From assembly GCA_038087875.1 (NCBI GenBank), contig CM075977.1:23498001-23562000 (forward strand): a stretch of 64,000 nucleotides of DNA, given 5' to 3'. The notes under the pieces were generated by a model. It was given only the letters and a program-made list of their open reading frames with translations, did not search any database and had not been told where the DNA came from. Each line of letters begins with the position of its first letter. Within the stretch, counting starts at the first letter, position 1. Of the stretch, positions 24,761 through 38,256 are shown piece by piece. The translations under genes were made by a program, and so were the position numbers. This stretch comes from Malacoraja senta. Its lineage: Eukaryota.

Positions 24761-26070
24761 CAAAGTCAGCATGGATTTATGAAAGGTAAATCGTGTCTGA
24801 CGAATCTTATAGAATTTTTCGAGGATGTAACTAGTAGAGTGGATAGGGGAGAACCAGTGGATGTGTTGTATCTGGACTTTCAGAAGGCTTTCGACAAGGT
24901 ACCACATAAGAGATTAGGATACAAACTTAAATCACACGGTATTGGGGGTTCAGTATTGATGTGGATAGAGAACTGGCTGGCAAACAGGAAGCAAAGAGTA
25001 GGAGTAAACGGGTCCTTTTCACAATGGCAGGCAGTGACTAGTGGGGTACCGCAAGGCTCAGTGCTGGGACCCCAGCTATTTACAATTTATTTTAATGATC
25101 TGGACGAGGGAATTGAAAGCAACATCTCCAAGTTTGCGGATGACACTAAGCTGGGGGGCAGTGTTAGCTGTGAGGAGGATGCTAGGAGACTGCAAGGTGA
25201 CTTGGATAGGCTGGGTGAGTGGGCAAATGTTTGGCAGATGCAGTATAATGTGGATAAATGTGAGGTTATCCACTTTGGTGGCAAAAACGGGAAGGCAGAC
25301 TATTATCTAAATGGTGGCCGATTAGGAAATGGGGAGATGCAGCGAGACCTGGGTGTCATGGTACACCAGTCATTGAAAGTAGGCATGCAGGTGCAGCAGG
25401 CAGTGAAGAAAGCGAATGGTATGTTGGCCTTCATAGCAAGAGGATTTGAGTATAGGAGCAGGGAGGTTCTACTGCAGTTGTACAGGGTCTTGGTGAGACC
25501 ACACCTGGAGTATTGCGTACAGTTTTGGTCTCCAAATCTGAGGAAGGACATTATAGCCATAGAGGGAGTGCAAAGAAGGTTCACCAGACTGATTCCTGGG
25601 ATGTCAGGACTTTCATATGAAGAAAGACTGGATAGACTTGGCTTATACTCGCTAGAATTTAGGAGATTGAGAGGGGATCTTATAGAAACGTACAAAATTC
25701 TTATGGGGTTGGACAGGCTAGATGCAGAAAGATTGTTCCCGATGTTGGGGAAGTCCAGGACAAGGGGTCACAGCTTAAGGATAAGGGGGAAATCCTTTAA
25801 GACCGAGATGAGGAAAAACTTTTTCACACAGAGAGTGGTGAATCTCTGGAACTCTCTGCCACAGAGGGTAGTTGAGGCCAGTTCATTGGCTATATTTAAG
25901 AGGGAGTTAGATGTGGCCCTTGTGGCTAAAGGGATCAGGGGGTATGGAGAGAAGGCAGGTACGGGATACTGAGTTGGATGATCAGCCATGATCATATTGA
26001 ATGGCGGTGCAGGCTCGAAGGGTCGAATGGCCTACTCCTGCACCTATTTTCTATGTATCTATGTATCTAT
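24761..26070 (+). mobile_element. Young CR1 LINE, 5'-truncated, with an uninterrupted RT C-terminal ORF
   Basis: 397-aa ORF 24779-25972 (YLDFQKAFDKVPH, GVPQGSVLGP, FADDTK); (GTATCTAT)n tail. Confidence 0.95.
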
Positions 26071-26514
26071 AATGAGGCCACCAGAACTGCACACAATGCC
26101 CCAAATGCGACCTGACCTGACCAAAGTTTTATAAAGCTAAAACATGATTTCCTGACTCTTATACTCAATGTCCTGATTAAGAAAGGGAAGTATACCATAT
26201 AACTTCTTTACTACTTTATCTACCTTTCCCTTATTCAGGGACCCCAAGATCCCTGCTATTAAGGGTTCTGCCATAAACAATATATTCTCCCCTGACATTT
26301 GACTTCCCAAAGTGCAACATAACAAACTTGCCTGCATTAAAGTCCATCTGCCATTTCTCCACCCGAGTCTGAAGAAGGGTCTCAAGGCAAAACATCACCT
26401 ATTCACGTCCTCCAAAGATGCTACTTGACTCGCTGAGTTACTGCAGCATTACTCAAGATTCCAGCATCTGCAGTTCCTGTGTCTCCTTTTCACCAGAACA
26501 GTAATGAATACATA

Positions 26515-27961
26515 CAGTGCATTCAGAAAGTATTCACACCCCTTCACTTTTTCTACATTTTGTTATGTTACAGCCTTATTCTAAAATGGATTAAATTCAT
26601 GTTTAGCATCACAATCCACTCATAATACCCCATAATAAAAAAGTGAAAAGAGGTGTTTAGAAATGTTTGCAAAGTAAAATATACATATACATGTAAAACT
26701 ATAAAAGGACTGGACAAGCTAGATGCAGGAAAAATGTTCCCAATGTTGGGCGAGTCCAGAATCAGGGGCCACAGCGATGATCACAATGAATGGCGGTGCT
26801 GGCTCGAAGGGCCGAATGGCCTCCTCCTGCACATATTTCCTATGCTTCTATGTAATTAAAAAGAAATAACTGAAATATCACGTTTACATAAGTATTCAGA
26901 CCCTTTACTTTGTTGAGGCACCTTTGGCAGCGAGGCAGACTTAAGTCTTCTTGGGTATGACGCTACAAGCTTGGCACACCTGTATTTGGGTAATTTTTCC
27001 CATTCTTTGCAGATCCTCTCAAGCTCTGTCAGGTTGGATGGGGAGCGAGCGTCGATGCACAGCTATTTTCAGGTCCCTCCAGAGATGTTCGATCAGGTTC
27101 AAGTCTGTGCTCTAGCTGGGCCAATCAAGGACATTCACAGACTTGTGAAGAAGCCACTCCTGCGTTGTCTTGGCTGTGTGCTTAGGGTCAGTGTCCTGTT
27201 GGAAGGTGAACCTCCACCCCAGTCTGAGATCCAGAATGCTCTGGAGACGGTTTTCATCAAGGATCTCTCTGTTCTTTGCTCCGTTCATCTTTCCCTCGAT
27301 CCTGACTAGTCTCCCAGTTCCTGCCGCTGGAAAAAATCCCCAAAGCATGATGTTGCCACCACCATGCTTCACTGTAGGTATGGTATTGGCCAGGTGATGA
27401 GCGGTACCTGGTTTCCTCCAGACGTGATGTTTGGCATTCAGGCCAAAGTTTCAATCTTGGTTTCATCAGACCAGAGAATCTTGTTACTCATGCCTTTTGG
27501 GAAACTCCAAGCGGGCTGTCATGTGCCTTTTACTGAGGAGTGGCTTCCGTCTGGCCACTCAACCATAAAGGCCTGATTGGTAGAGTGCTGCAGATATAGT
27601 TGTCCTTCTGGAAGGTTCTCCCATCTCCACAGAGGAACTCTGGAGCTCTGTCAGAGTGACCATCGGGTTCTTGGCCTTCTCCCCTGACTGCTCAGTTTAG
27701 CCGGGCGGCCAGCTCTATGAAGAGTTCTGGTGGTTCCAAAGTTCTTCCATTTAAGAATGATGGAGGCCACTGTGCTCTTCTGGACCTGCAATGCTGCAGA
27801 AATTGTTTTATACCCTTCCCCAGATCTGTGTCTCGACACAATCCTGTCTCGGAGGTCTATGGACAATTCCTTCATCTTCATGGCTTGGTTTTTGCTCTGA
27901 CATGCACTGTCAACTGTGGGACATTATATAGACAGGTGTGTGCCTTTCCACATCATGTCCA
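26515..27961 (-). mobile_element. Tc1-family (IR/DR-type) DNA transposon, decayed, one TIR visible
   Basis: TA|CAGTGCATTCAGAAAGTATTCACACCC terminus with internal direct repeat AGTATTCAGACCC near 26891; transposase motifs ELSIDLRDRIV..HRSGEGYK, GRP, KHGGG..MLWG, FQQD.DPKH, WPS. Confidence 0.88.
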
Positions 27962-30490
27962 TGTTGTGTCTATGAGACTGACCTTACAGTCACCACTGAC
28001 CTTACAGTCTGCCCCGAGATGTATGTTTTCTGGGAATCAGTCCGCAGCCATCTTGGCTGGAGTCAGGCAGACAATTTTGGGCTTGAAATAAATCTTCACT
28101 GGCTCGGTACAACATGAGTCTGATTGTGAGTTATGAGCCATCAAACACAACATCTGGCGATGAGGATGGCTAGTTTAACTCCCGCTGCCCCATCTCCATT
28201 CTTGGAAAGTCCAGGAGAGCCTCCTGTACCACGGACACGCTGGTTTGAAAGTTTCACCACATACTTAATTGCAGGCGGCCTGGACGGCGAGGCCATATCG
28301 GACGCTCGCCGCCGAGCGATCCTGCTGCATTGCCTCGGAACGGAGGGACAGTGGATCTTCGCGCAGTTTGACAGTGCTGCAATGAGTAAGTACAGTGATG
28401 CTGTTACTGCACTTGGCATATATTTTGGCCCAGAGACAAGTGTGATGATAGAAAGATACCGTTTTCGTCAATGGTCACAGGGACATGGCGAACCAGTGAA
28501 GCAATTTGTTTCTTCATTGATAGAACTGGCTGCAAAGTGCAATTTTGTGGCACTGACTGATGAGTTGGTGAGAGACCAGCTGATAGAAAATACTTCTATC
28601 CCGCGGATCAGAGTGCGCCTTCTAATGGAGGATGATGATCTCAAACTTGAAAAGGCGCAAGAATTAGCCGTGTAAATTGAAAGTGCGATGCATGATGCCA
28701 AGGTGCTCAAACAACATTCGATGGCAAGCACTGAGGGAACATCTGGTCATTCATCACATCAGAAGAACACAGCACCAGTACAGGGCATTCAGAAACAGTA
28801 AAAAAACAATCACTCAAACAAGCCGTGTCCGAATTGTGGCCGGACACACGCTCCCAAGGAATGTCCAGCTTACGGTAAATGATGCAACCTGTGTTCACTT
28901 TGCGAAAGTATGCCGATCGTCAAAGAAGAAAGTGTCCATGACGTATACTCCATAAAGGACAGGGCTGACCTGGATGTTTGGTCAATAGGTGCTTTCAAAG
29001 ACTGCGTGGTCAAGATCGCCAGTATCTCAAGACAGACTGGCCCAAGGAGATAGCAGACGATTTGGTTCCGTACCACCGGGAACGCCACGAACTGGCAGTG
29101 ATTGACGACACATGTGTCACGCGCGGAACTCGAGTGGTTATACCCAAATCACTGCAACACCGTGTGTTACAACTGGCACATGAAGGACACCCGGGCGTTG
29201 TTAAGATGAAACAATGGTGTCGCGAGGCAGCGTGGTGGCCAGCAATAGATCGTCGCGTAGAAGATTTCGTCAACAATTGTGAAGCCTGCACAATTAGCGA
29301 GAAGTCAACAAAACCCCTCCAGCCAATCCCATGGCCGGACAAACCATGGAAGCACTTGCAAGTCGACATCTTCGGAGAGGTGCAAGCTGCGCCAAGAAGC
29401 CAGCGGTTTCTACTTGTAGTACATGATCTCCACAGCAAGTGGCCGGAGATCGCAACTACTTCTTCAGTGACGACAAGCTCGATCATCGCGATTCTCGAAA
29501 AGCTGTTCACCAAGTGGGGACTGCCGGAGATCATAACGACAGACAACGGCCCACAGTTCATATCTGAACAGTTCTCCACCTTCCTGGCAAGCTACGACAT
29601 TCAACATCAGCGGACGTCGTGAAACAACCCCCAATCGAGCGGCAGGGTTGAACGATTCAATCGCGTGATCAAAGAAAGCATAAAAGCGAGCATGTCGGAG
29701 GGGAAAACATTTGAACAGTCAATCCATATCCTCCTCCGATCCAACAGATCCACACCGCACACGCTGACTGGGAAAACGCCAGCAGAGCTGATGATAGGGT
29801 GAAACCTGCGAACGAAACTGAATGCTCTTCAACCATCATCGCGCCCAAATCCAGACACAAAAGCGAGGGCAGAAACGATAGCACACATCAAGCGAAAGGG
29901 AAAATGTACTGTGATGCCAAATGCAGAGTACGTGCGCCGCGGTTCAAGGTCGTCGACTGGGTACGAATCAGCCACCCAAACAGACAGGATAAGCACGCAA
30001 GCGCACTCTCAAAGCCGATACAGATCAAACGGAGACTCGGCAAGAACGCGTACCTCCTCCAAGATGACACCAGATGGAACGCGAGTCATCTTATCGCAAG
30101 CAGACAGGGACAGGAAGAAGACAAACCAGACGCTTTTCCTTTCCCAATATCCAGTCAAGACAGTGATCGCGGTCAGCAGACAGCAGAGCATACAGCAGAG
30201 CAGCCAAATCCCGCTCGACGCTCTCAGCGACAAGAGGAGGCCTCAGTATCTGCAAGATTTTCAGCTGTGAAGCCATAAACCGTTATATTCACTGAGCAGT
30301 TGTTTTTTTTGGACTTCCGTTTATTAATAGACATGAAATTTGAAAGGACTTTGGACTCATTTCATATGGACTTATATTTGATTTGATAACTGGACTTAAA
30401 TGATTGCCTTCATTTACAAGGAGGGGAAAATATGTTGTGTCTATGAGACTGTCCTTACAGTCACCACTAGAGGGCTCTGCCCCTAGATGT
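27962..30490 (+). mobile_element. Gypsy (Mag-like) LTR retrotransposon, internally deleted (gag plus integrase)
   Basis: 5' LTR TGTTGTGT...ACACAACA at 27962-28152; PBS-like TGGCGATGAGG; gag from 28166; integrase HEGHPG..C..C, VDI, TDNGPQF; PPT near 30418-30430; 3' LTR start at 30433, truncated by a CR1. Confidence 0.88.
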
Positions 30491-33006
30491 GCGTGCAACA
30501 AAGGTAAAACAGTTATAATGGGTGACTTCAATCTACATATAGATTGGGTGAATCAAATTGGCAAGGGGTGCTGAGGAAGAGGATTTCTTGGAATGTATGC
30601 GGGATAGTTTTCTAAATCAACATGTAGAGGAACCAAGGAGAGAGCAGGCTATTCTAGACTGGGTATTGAGTAATGAGGAAGGGTTAGTTAGCAGTCTTGT
30701 TGTGCGTGCCCCCTTGGGCAAGAGTGACCATAATATGGTTGGGTTTTTCATTAGGATGGAGAGTGACATAATTAATTCAGAAACAAGTGTTCTGAACTTA
30801 AAGAAAGGTAACTTTGAGGGTATGAGACGTGAATTGGCCAAGATAGACTGGCAATTGATTCTTAAAGGGTTGACGGTGGATATGCAATGGAAGGCATTTA
30901 AAGGCTGCATGCATGAACTACAACAATTGTTCATCCCAGTTTGGCAAAAGAATAAATCAGGGAAGGTAGTGCATCCGTGGTTAACAAGGGAAATCAGGGA
31001 TAGTATCAAAACAAAAGCATACAAATTAGCCAGAAAAAGCAGCCTACCAGAGGACTGGGAGAAATTCAGAGTCCAGCAGAGGAGGACAAAGGGTTTAATT
31101 AGGAAAGGGAAAATAGATTATGAAAGAAAACTGGCAGGGAACATAAAAACTGACTGCAAAAGTTTTATAGATATGTGAAGAGAAAAAGATTAGTTAAAAC
31201 AAATGTAGGTCCCTTGCAGTCAGAAACAGGTGAATTGATCATGGGGAACAAGGACATGGCAGACCAATTGAATAACTACTTTGGTTCTGTCTTCACTGAG
31301 GAAGACATAAATAATATGCCGGAAATAGCAGGGGACCGGGGTTCAAATGAGATGGAGGAACTGAGTGAAATCCAGGTTAGCCGGGAAGTGGTGTTAGGTA
31401 AATTGAATGGATTAAACGCCGATAAATCCCCAGGGCCAGATAGGCTGCATCCCAGAGTACTTAAGGAAGTAGCCCCAGAAATAGTGGATGCATTAGTGAT
31501 AATTTTTCAAAACTCTTTAGATTCTGGAGTAGTTCCTGAGGATTGGAGGGTAGCTAATGTAACCCCACTTTTTAAAAAAGGGATGGAGAGAGAAGACGGG
31601 GAATTACAGACCAGTTAGTCTAACATCGGTGGTGGGGAAACTGCTAGAGTCAGTTATTAAAGATGGGATAGCAGCACATTTGGAAAGTGGTGAAATCATT
31701 GGACAAAGTCAGCATGGTTTTATGAAAGGTAAATCATGTCTGACGAATCTTATAGAATTTTTCGAGGATGTAACTAGTAGAGTGGATAAGGGAGAACCAG
31801 TGGATGTGTTATATCTGGACTTTCAGAAGGCTTTCGACAAGGTCCCACATAAGAGATTAATATACAAACTTAAAGCACACGGTATTGGGGGTTCAGTATT
31901 GATGTGGATAGAGAACTGGCTGGCAGACAGGAAGCAAAGAGTAGGAGTAAATGGGTCCTTTTCAGAATGGCAGGCAGTGACTAGTGGGGTACCGCAAGCC
32001 TCAGTGCTGGGACCCCAGCTATTTACAATATATATTAATGATTTGGACGAGGGAATTGAATGCAACATCTCCAAGTTTGCGGATGACACGAAGCTGGGGG
32101 GCAGTGTTAGCTGTGAGGAGGATGCTCGGAGGCTGCAAGGTGACTTGGATAGGCTGGGTGAGTGGGCAAATGCATGGCAGATGCAGTATAATGTGGATAT
32201 ATGTGAGGTTATCCACTTTGGTGGCAAAAACAGGAAAGTAGACTATTATCTGAATGGTGGCCGATTAGGAAAAGGGGAGTTGCTGCGAGACCTGGGTGTC
32301 ATGGTACACCAGTCATTGAAAGTAGGCATGCAGGTGAGCAGGCAGTGAAGAAAGCGAATGGTATGTTAGCATTCATAGCAAAAGGATTTGAGTATAGGAG
32401 CAGGGAGGTTCTAATGCAGTTGTACAGGGTCTTGGTGAGACCACACCTGGAGTATTGCGTACAGTTTTGGTCTCCAAATCTGAGGAAAGACATTCTTGCC
32501 ATAGAGGGAGTACAGAGATGGTTCACCAGACTGATTCCTGGGATGTCAGGACTTGCATATAAAAGACTGGATAGACTCGGCTTGTACTCGCTAGAATTTA
32601 GAAGATTGAGGGGGGATCTTATAGAAACGTACAAAATTCTTAAGGGGTTGGACAGGTTAGATGCAGGAAGATTGTTCCCGATGTTGGGGGAGTCCAGGGC
32701 AAGGGGTCACAGTTTAAGGATAAAGGGGAAATCTTTTAGGACTGAGAGAAAAACATTTTTCTCACAGAGAGTGGTGAATCTCTGGAATTCTCTGCCACAG
32801 AAGGTAGTTGAGGCCTGTTCATTGGCTATATTTAAGAGGGAGTTAGATGTGGCCCTTGTGGCTAAAGGGATCAGGGGGTATGGAGAGAAGGCAGGTACAG
32901 GATATTGAGTTGGATGATCAGCTATGATCATATTGAATGGCGGTGCAGGCGCGAAGGGCCGAATGGCCTACTCCTGCACCTATTTTCTATGTTCCTATGC
33001 TTCTAT
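30491..33006 (+). mobile_element. CR1 LINE, long ORF2 fragment (end of APE domain plus RT) with frameshifts
   Basis: IMGDF, ILDWVL and SDH endonuclease motifs; RT ORFs 31629-32908; 3' tail. Confidence 0.93.
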
Positions 33007-33437
33007 GACCCCTTTTGGCCTTTCTAATTCCCTGATTGTGTTTTAGTTATTTCCTGCTTGCTTTCTATTACTCAAAGCCTTGTCTGATTTCACCTCCTTA
33101 AACCTCACCTGTTACTTTTCTTTTTGACTAAATTTATAATCTCTCTCATCTTTCAAGTTTTCCTTACCTTGCCACCCTTGTCCCTCCTTCTCACTGGAGC
33201 ATGCTGGTTTTGAACTCTGATTAGTTGGTCTTGAAACAACTCCCACATACCAAATGTAATTTGCCTCACCCCATTTATAGTATCTTCCTTCAAGCTCCAG
33301 ACTTATTCACATTCTGCAATTTGGAAGAAGTTAGTATAATCATAACGTTGTGAAAAATTATTGAATAAGTATTCATAACAATGTTAAAATTTGTGATCAC
33401 TTTCGAATATGCTCTCCCATTGAAATGCTGGTCATCT

Positions 33438-34056
33438 GAAGAAAGCGAATGGCATGTTGGCCTTTATAACAAGAGGAATCGAATATAGGAGCAAAGAGGT
33501 CCTTCTGCAGTTGTACAGAGCCCTAGTGAGACCACACCTGGAGTATTGTGTGCAGTTTTGGTCGCCTAATTTGAGGAAAGACATTCTTGCTATTGAGGGA
33601 GTGCAGCGTAGGTTTACAAGGTTAATTCTCGCGATGGCGGGACTGTCATATGCTGAGAGAATGGAGCAGCTGGGCTTGTACACTCTGGAGTTTAGAAGGA
33701 TGAGAGGGTATCTCATTGAAACATATAAGATTGTTAAGGGTTTGGACACGCTAGAAGCAGGAAACATGTTCCCGATGTTGGGGGAGTCCAGAACCAGGGG
33801 CCACAGTTTAAGAATAAGGAGTAAGCCATTTAGAACAGAGACGAGGAAACACTTTTTCTCACAGAGAGTGGTGAGTCTGTGGAATTCTCGGCCTCAGTGA
33901 GCGGTGAGGCAGGTTCTCTGGATGCTTTCAAGAGAGAGCTAGATAGGGCTCTTAAAAATAGCGGAGTCAGGGGATACGGGGAGAAGGCAGGAACGGGGTA
34001 CTGATCGAAGGGCCAAATGGCCTACTCTAGCACCTATTGTCTATTGTCTATTGTCT
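33438..34056 (+). mobile_element. CR1 LINE 3' fragment
   Basis: ORF 33454-33900; (CTATTGT)n tail. Confidence 0.9.
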
Positions 34057-34144
34057 GGCTAGACTCGATTCCAAATACAAGGTCTGGTATGGTCCCTCGT
34101 TTAGTATGACGATCCACTTATTGTTACATATTGTACATCTCTTG

Positions 34145-35489
34145 TCTATATAATTAAAAGTCTCATCTTGACCACTTCCTGTTTGCACTGTGCTTTGATT
34201 TTAGAAAAAACGCTACCACATATGGCTGTGATTTTTTGGCCATCTTACTCAGAGTCCTCCGCTGCGCAGGCCCCAAGGATTTTTCCCATCGATGAAAAAT
34301 AAAAGACTTATTAGTGTTTAAAATATCTTGAGATTCTCTCTCCTGTCAATCACCGCCATGAAGGCCATGCCCCTTCTGGTGGGAGGGACTATAAAACCCG
34401 GAAGTGTGGGCGTGGTTCAGTCTGTCTGCAAGATGGTGAGGGAGAGGTCACGACTCTCTGTCTGAGCTGGGAAACTACAGAACACTGAGAGTATGCAATA
34501 TACTTGAATAAATGATTTATTAGTCCTTAATGAAAATGAAATGAGTTGTTTGGCCTGCCCTGTTCTTGAAACTGCAATGGCAATGGAAATGAAGTGAAAA
34601 TGCAATGAGCTCTTTGGCTTGGCCTGCCCTGTGCTTGAAACTGCAATGGCAATGGAAGTGAAATGAAAATGCAATGACCTATTCGGCCTGCCCTGTGCTT
34701 GAAACTAATGCAATTGGAAATGAAATGAAATGAGTTGTTTGGCCTGCCTGAAACCACACATTTTGGCCCACAAGGCCCCTATGAGTCCCTTTTGCTCAAA
34801 ATGCCCATATTAGCCCAGGAGGAGCATTTTGGCCCAGGGTAAGGAAAAGTCCAGAAAAAGTGCCTTTCGCTGAGATTTTTTTTAAAAGAGCCCCTTCGGC
34901 CCATCGGGCCCGTACTAGCCCAGGAGTCCCTTCGGCCCAGTAAGTATTCCCCCTGCAAGTATTGAACCTCACCCCAGTATTTTTCTCCCCTTCATTTGCT
35001 CCCTGTGAGATCCAGGCCAGGATAGACTTTCCTCCTTCATTACTGTGATCTGCAGAAAAAGATGATATATGTCTAAAATTGATTCTCCACCCTCTCCCCC
35101 TTCTCTCTCACAGAGTCTCTCACCTGTTTTGGGCAGAATTTCAGGCAGTTTCTGATCTGCCAGCCCACCAGGCCTGAGTGACTGAGCTGCCAGCCCACCG
35201 GGCCTGAGTGACTGAGCTGCCAGCCCACCGGGCCTGAGTGACTGAGCTGCCAGCCCACCGGGCCTGAGTGACTGAGCTGCCAGCCCAATAAACCATTCGG
35301 CCCACAATGTCCATACTAGCCCTCTGGAAACCAGTCCCTTCGGCCCACAACACCCATACTAGCGCTCCAGAAAGTCCCCCCCCCTTACCACTGGCCAGCA
35401 ATATTGGAATTGGTGGAGAGGTGGAATATTGCATTGGGAGACCAGCCCTCCCGTGTGAACATGGGACCCACGGGTCCCACTTAGTCTAG
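34145..35489 (+). mobile_element. Non-autonomous Helitron
   Basis: 5' TC start; 3' hairpin TGGGACCC-AC-GGGTCCCA, then CTTAGT, then CTAG|T; internal minisatellites at 34530-34750 and 35157-35287. Confidence 0.8.
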
Positions 35490-35580
35490 TACCTAATAAA
35501 TGTCCTGCACTGAGTCCCAGTGAACATTGGGGAATTTAAAGTCACCCACTCTGACAACCTTGTTGCTTTTACGACCAATC

Positions 35581-35717
35581 CATGACTAATTTCCATCCTG
35601 CACTCAAATTCACATGGACCTTCTCCGACATCTCCCCACTGTTTCTGTTTCTCATCACAGGAGACAGACTATTGACCGACATCTACTACAAACCTACTGA
35701 CTCCCACAGCTATCTAG
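35581..35717 (+). mobile_element. Penelope-like RT (thumb) fragment running into a gap
   Basis: NFHPALKFTW...LLTDIYYKPTDSHSYL. Confidence 0.7.
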
Positions 35718-35917
35718 NNNNNNNNNNNNNNNNNNNNNNNNNNNNNNNNNNNNNNNNNNNNNNNNNNNNNNNNNNNNNNNNNNNNNNNNNNNNNNNNNNN
35801 NNNNNNNNNNNNNNNNNNNNNNNNNNNNNNNNNNNNNNNNNNNNNNNNNNNNNNNNNNNNNNNNNNNNNNNNNNNNNNNNNNNNNNNNNNNNNNNNNNNN
35901 NNNNNNNNNNNNNNNNN

Positions 35918-36389
35918 TTCACGAGATTGATCCCTGGGAGGGCGAGACTGTCATATGAGGAAAGGTTGAAAAGACTAGGCTTGTATTCACTGGAGTTTAG
36001 AAGGATGAGGGGGAATCTTATAGAAACATATAAAATTATAAAAGGGCTGGACAAGCTAGATGCAGGAAAAAAGTTCCCAATGTTGGGCAAGTCCTGAACC
36101 AGGGGCCACAGTCTTAGAATAAAGGGGAGGCCATTTAAGACTGAGGTGAGAAAAAACTTTTTCACCCAGAGAGTTGTGAATTTGTGGAATTCCCTGCCAC
36201 AGAGGGCAGTGGAGGCCAAATCACTGGATGGATTTAAGATAGTTAGATAGAGCTTTAGGGGCTAGTGGATATGGGGAGAAGGCAGGCACGAGTTATTGAT
36301 TGGGGACGATCAGCCATGATCACAATGAATGCCGGTGCTGGCTCGAAGGGTCGAATGGCCTCCTGCACCTATTTTCTATGTTTCTATGC
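35918..36389 (+). mobile_element. CR1 LINE 3' fragment after a gap
   Basis: FTRLIPG...LGLYSLEFRRMRG; CR1 3' UTR. Confidence 0.88.
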
Positions 36390-38121
36390 TTACTCCACCA
36401 ACCCCATCCAGCCTTCCCCCTGACCCTCAATCAGAGCTTAACTCACACCACCTCATTCAGCCCTCCACTCACCCCATTACTCACCTCACTCAACCTTCCC
36501 CTCAGACCCTCTCCTCAACCCATCACTCCCACGTCCCTCACCCGTCACCCAGCCCTCTCCGCTCCACATCCCTTACCCCACTCCACCCCGTCCCTTCTTC
36601 TTTCATGTCCATCATCCGTTTCAAATGTTCAGTCAGGCTATTGCATAGTGGACAGCCTTTTCGTTTGCCATGGCTAGATCTTCCAGGCAGCATTGTTCAC
36701 CAAGTGGGCATCTTAATAGGTGCAGCATGGATTATACAGATAGTCCACATTCACATTCTGTGTCTGCCGCATCTGCATAGCCCCATTTGTTCATATTGGT
36801 CTTGCATCGTGCATCCCGGTACCGAGCCTATTGAGGGACTTCCAGGTCTTCCAGTCACACCTGTGGCCAGGTGTTAGCTGTTCTTGGCTGGGATAGGCAT
36901 CTCTACGTGGTGGTGGTTCTCACTGTTTTTTCTTCCCACAAGACTAATCTGGTTGCTTGAGGAGACTGTGACAGTTGTTGGACTGTGTGGAGGAAGCTTT
37001 TCCTCGACTTCAGGTGTTTTGGGTGATGGGAGTGACAGGAATGGCAGGTGTCCCCAACTTGCCTGTTCTACTGGCAACTGATCCAGGGATTCCTGGTGGA
37101 GCAACCAAGACATATGAGCTATCCACATCCGTTGGTGTTAGGCAGTCAGTGATGCATCTGCAGCTGTCATTAAGGGCGGTATCAACTTTCTTCGCATGAG
37201 ATGACCTCTCCCAAACTGGACAAGCATACTCTGCAGCAGAGTAGCACAGCGCAAGAGCAGTTGACCGCAGTGTGGATGCATTGGTACCGCATGATGAGTT
37301 TGCCAGCTTGCCTTGTCCTCACTTTGACCTTCACCCTATCGATGTGTTGCTTGAAGGAGAGGGTTCAGACCAGAGTCACCCCAAGATAGAAAGGGTAGTC
37401 AGTGTCTCAAAGGGACACCATTCCAAGTTAAGGACTGTTTCCTCCCAGCTTCGCGATTACAAAGGTGGAACAGGCTAACTTGGCTCTTAGCAGGATTTGC
37501 CTTCAATTGGTTGTCCTAGTAGTAGTTTGTCAAGTTGTCTTAGGATGATGAAAGAGTAGCTTCTACCTCATCCATGCGAATGCTCTGGGCTGCTATTCCA
37601 AGGTCGTCAGCGTAAATGAAGCTTCTTGTCCCTGGGAACACTGGTTGATCATTAGTGTATACATTGAACTGCACCGGAGCGAGGACGCTGCCTTGAGGTA
37701 GGCCATTCTTTTGTTTCTTCCATCTGCTGCGTTTATCATTTAGCTAAACATAGAAGCTTTCTGTTTTCCAGTAGCTGTTGAATCAGTTTGGTCAAGTGGA
37801 AGTCCTTTGTCATGTCATGGAGCTTGTTGAGGAGCAGCCAGTGATTCACAGTGTAATAGGGAGCTGTCAGATCAACAAAGACGACGCCAATTGGTTCATT
37901 TCTCTCAAAGCCGTCCTCAATGTGCTGAGTTAGATTGAGTACTTGGCTGGTACTCTCCCAGGCCGGAAGCCAGCTTGCTCTGGTATAAGGCGTTGTTCTG
38001 TGATAGGGCCCAGCCTGTTCAAGATGAGGCGCTCAAAGAGCTTGAAGAGATGGCATAGTAGGGAGATCGGTCTATAGCTTTTCGCTTCTTTATGATCTTA
38101 CTCTGGCTCAAGGATAGCAAT

Positions 38122-38175
38122 GGGGTGGGAGATTGCAACCTTCACCTGGTCCGCCCTGTTTCAACCAATGCAATC
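38122..38175 (+). ncRNA. Minimal HDV-like (CPEB3-type) ribozyme fold
   Basis: P1 GGGGUGG(38122-28)/CCGCCCU(38151-57) with a G1-U wobble; P2 GAUUGCA(38131-37)/UGCAAUC(38169-75); P3 ACC/GGU around L3 UUCACCU; GU after P1; J4/2 C-C-A-A. P4 is reduced to a short linker. Confidence 0.75.
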
Positions 38176-38256
38176 AACCTGGCGTGCACAATCAAATAAG
38201 ATAAAATAGAACAAGTTGTCCCACAACTTTAGGCTGTGCACACCATACTCAAGAAG
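38122..38256 (+). mobile_element. ~135-bp non-autonomous retroelement (probable Vingi-related short element) with a 5' HDV-like ribozyme
   Basis: Flanked by a 12-bp TSD AAGGATAGCAAT (38110-38121 and 38257-38268); (AAG)n tail; inserted antisense into the Vingi-like LINE. Confidence 0.8.
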
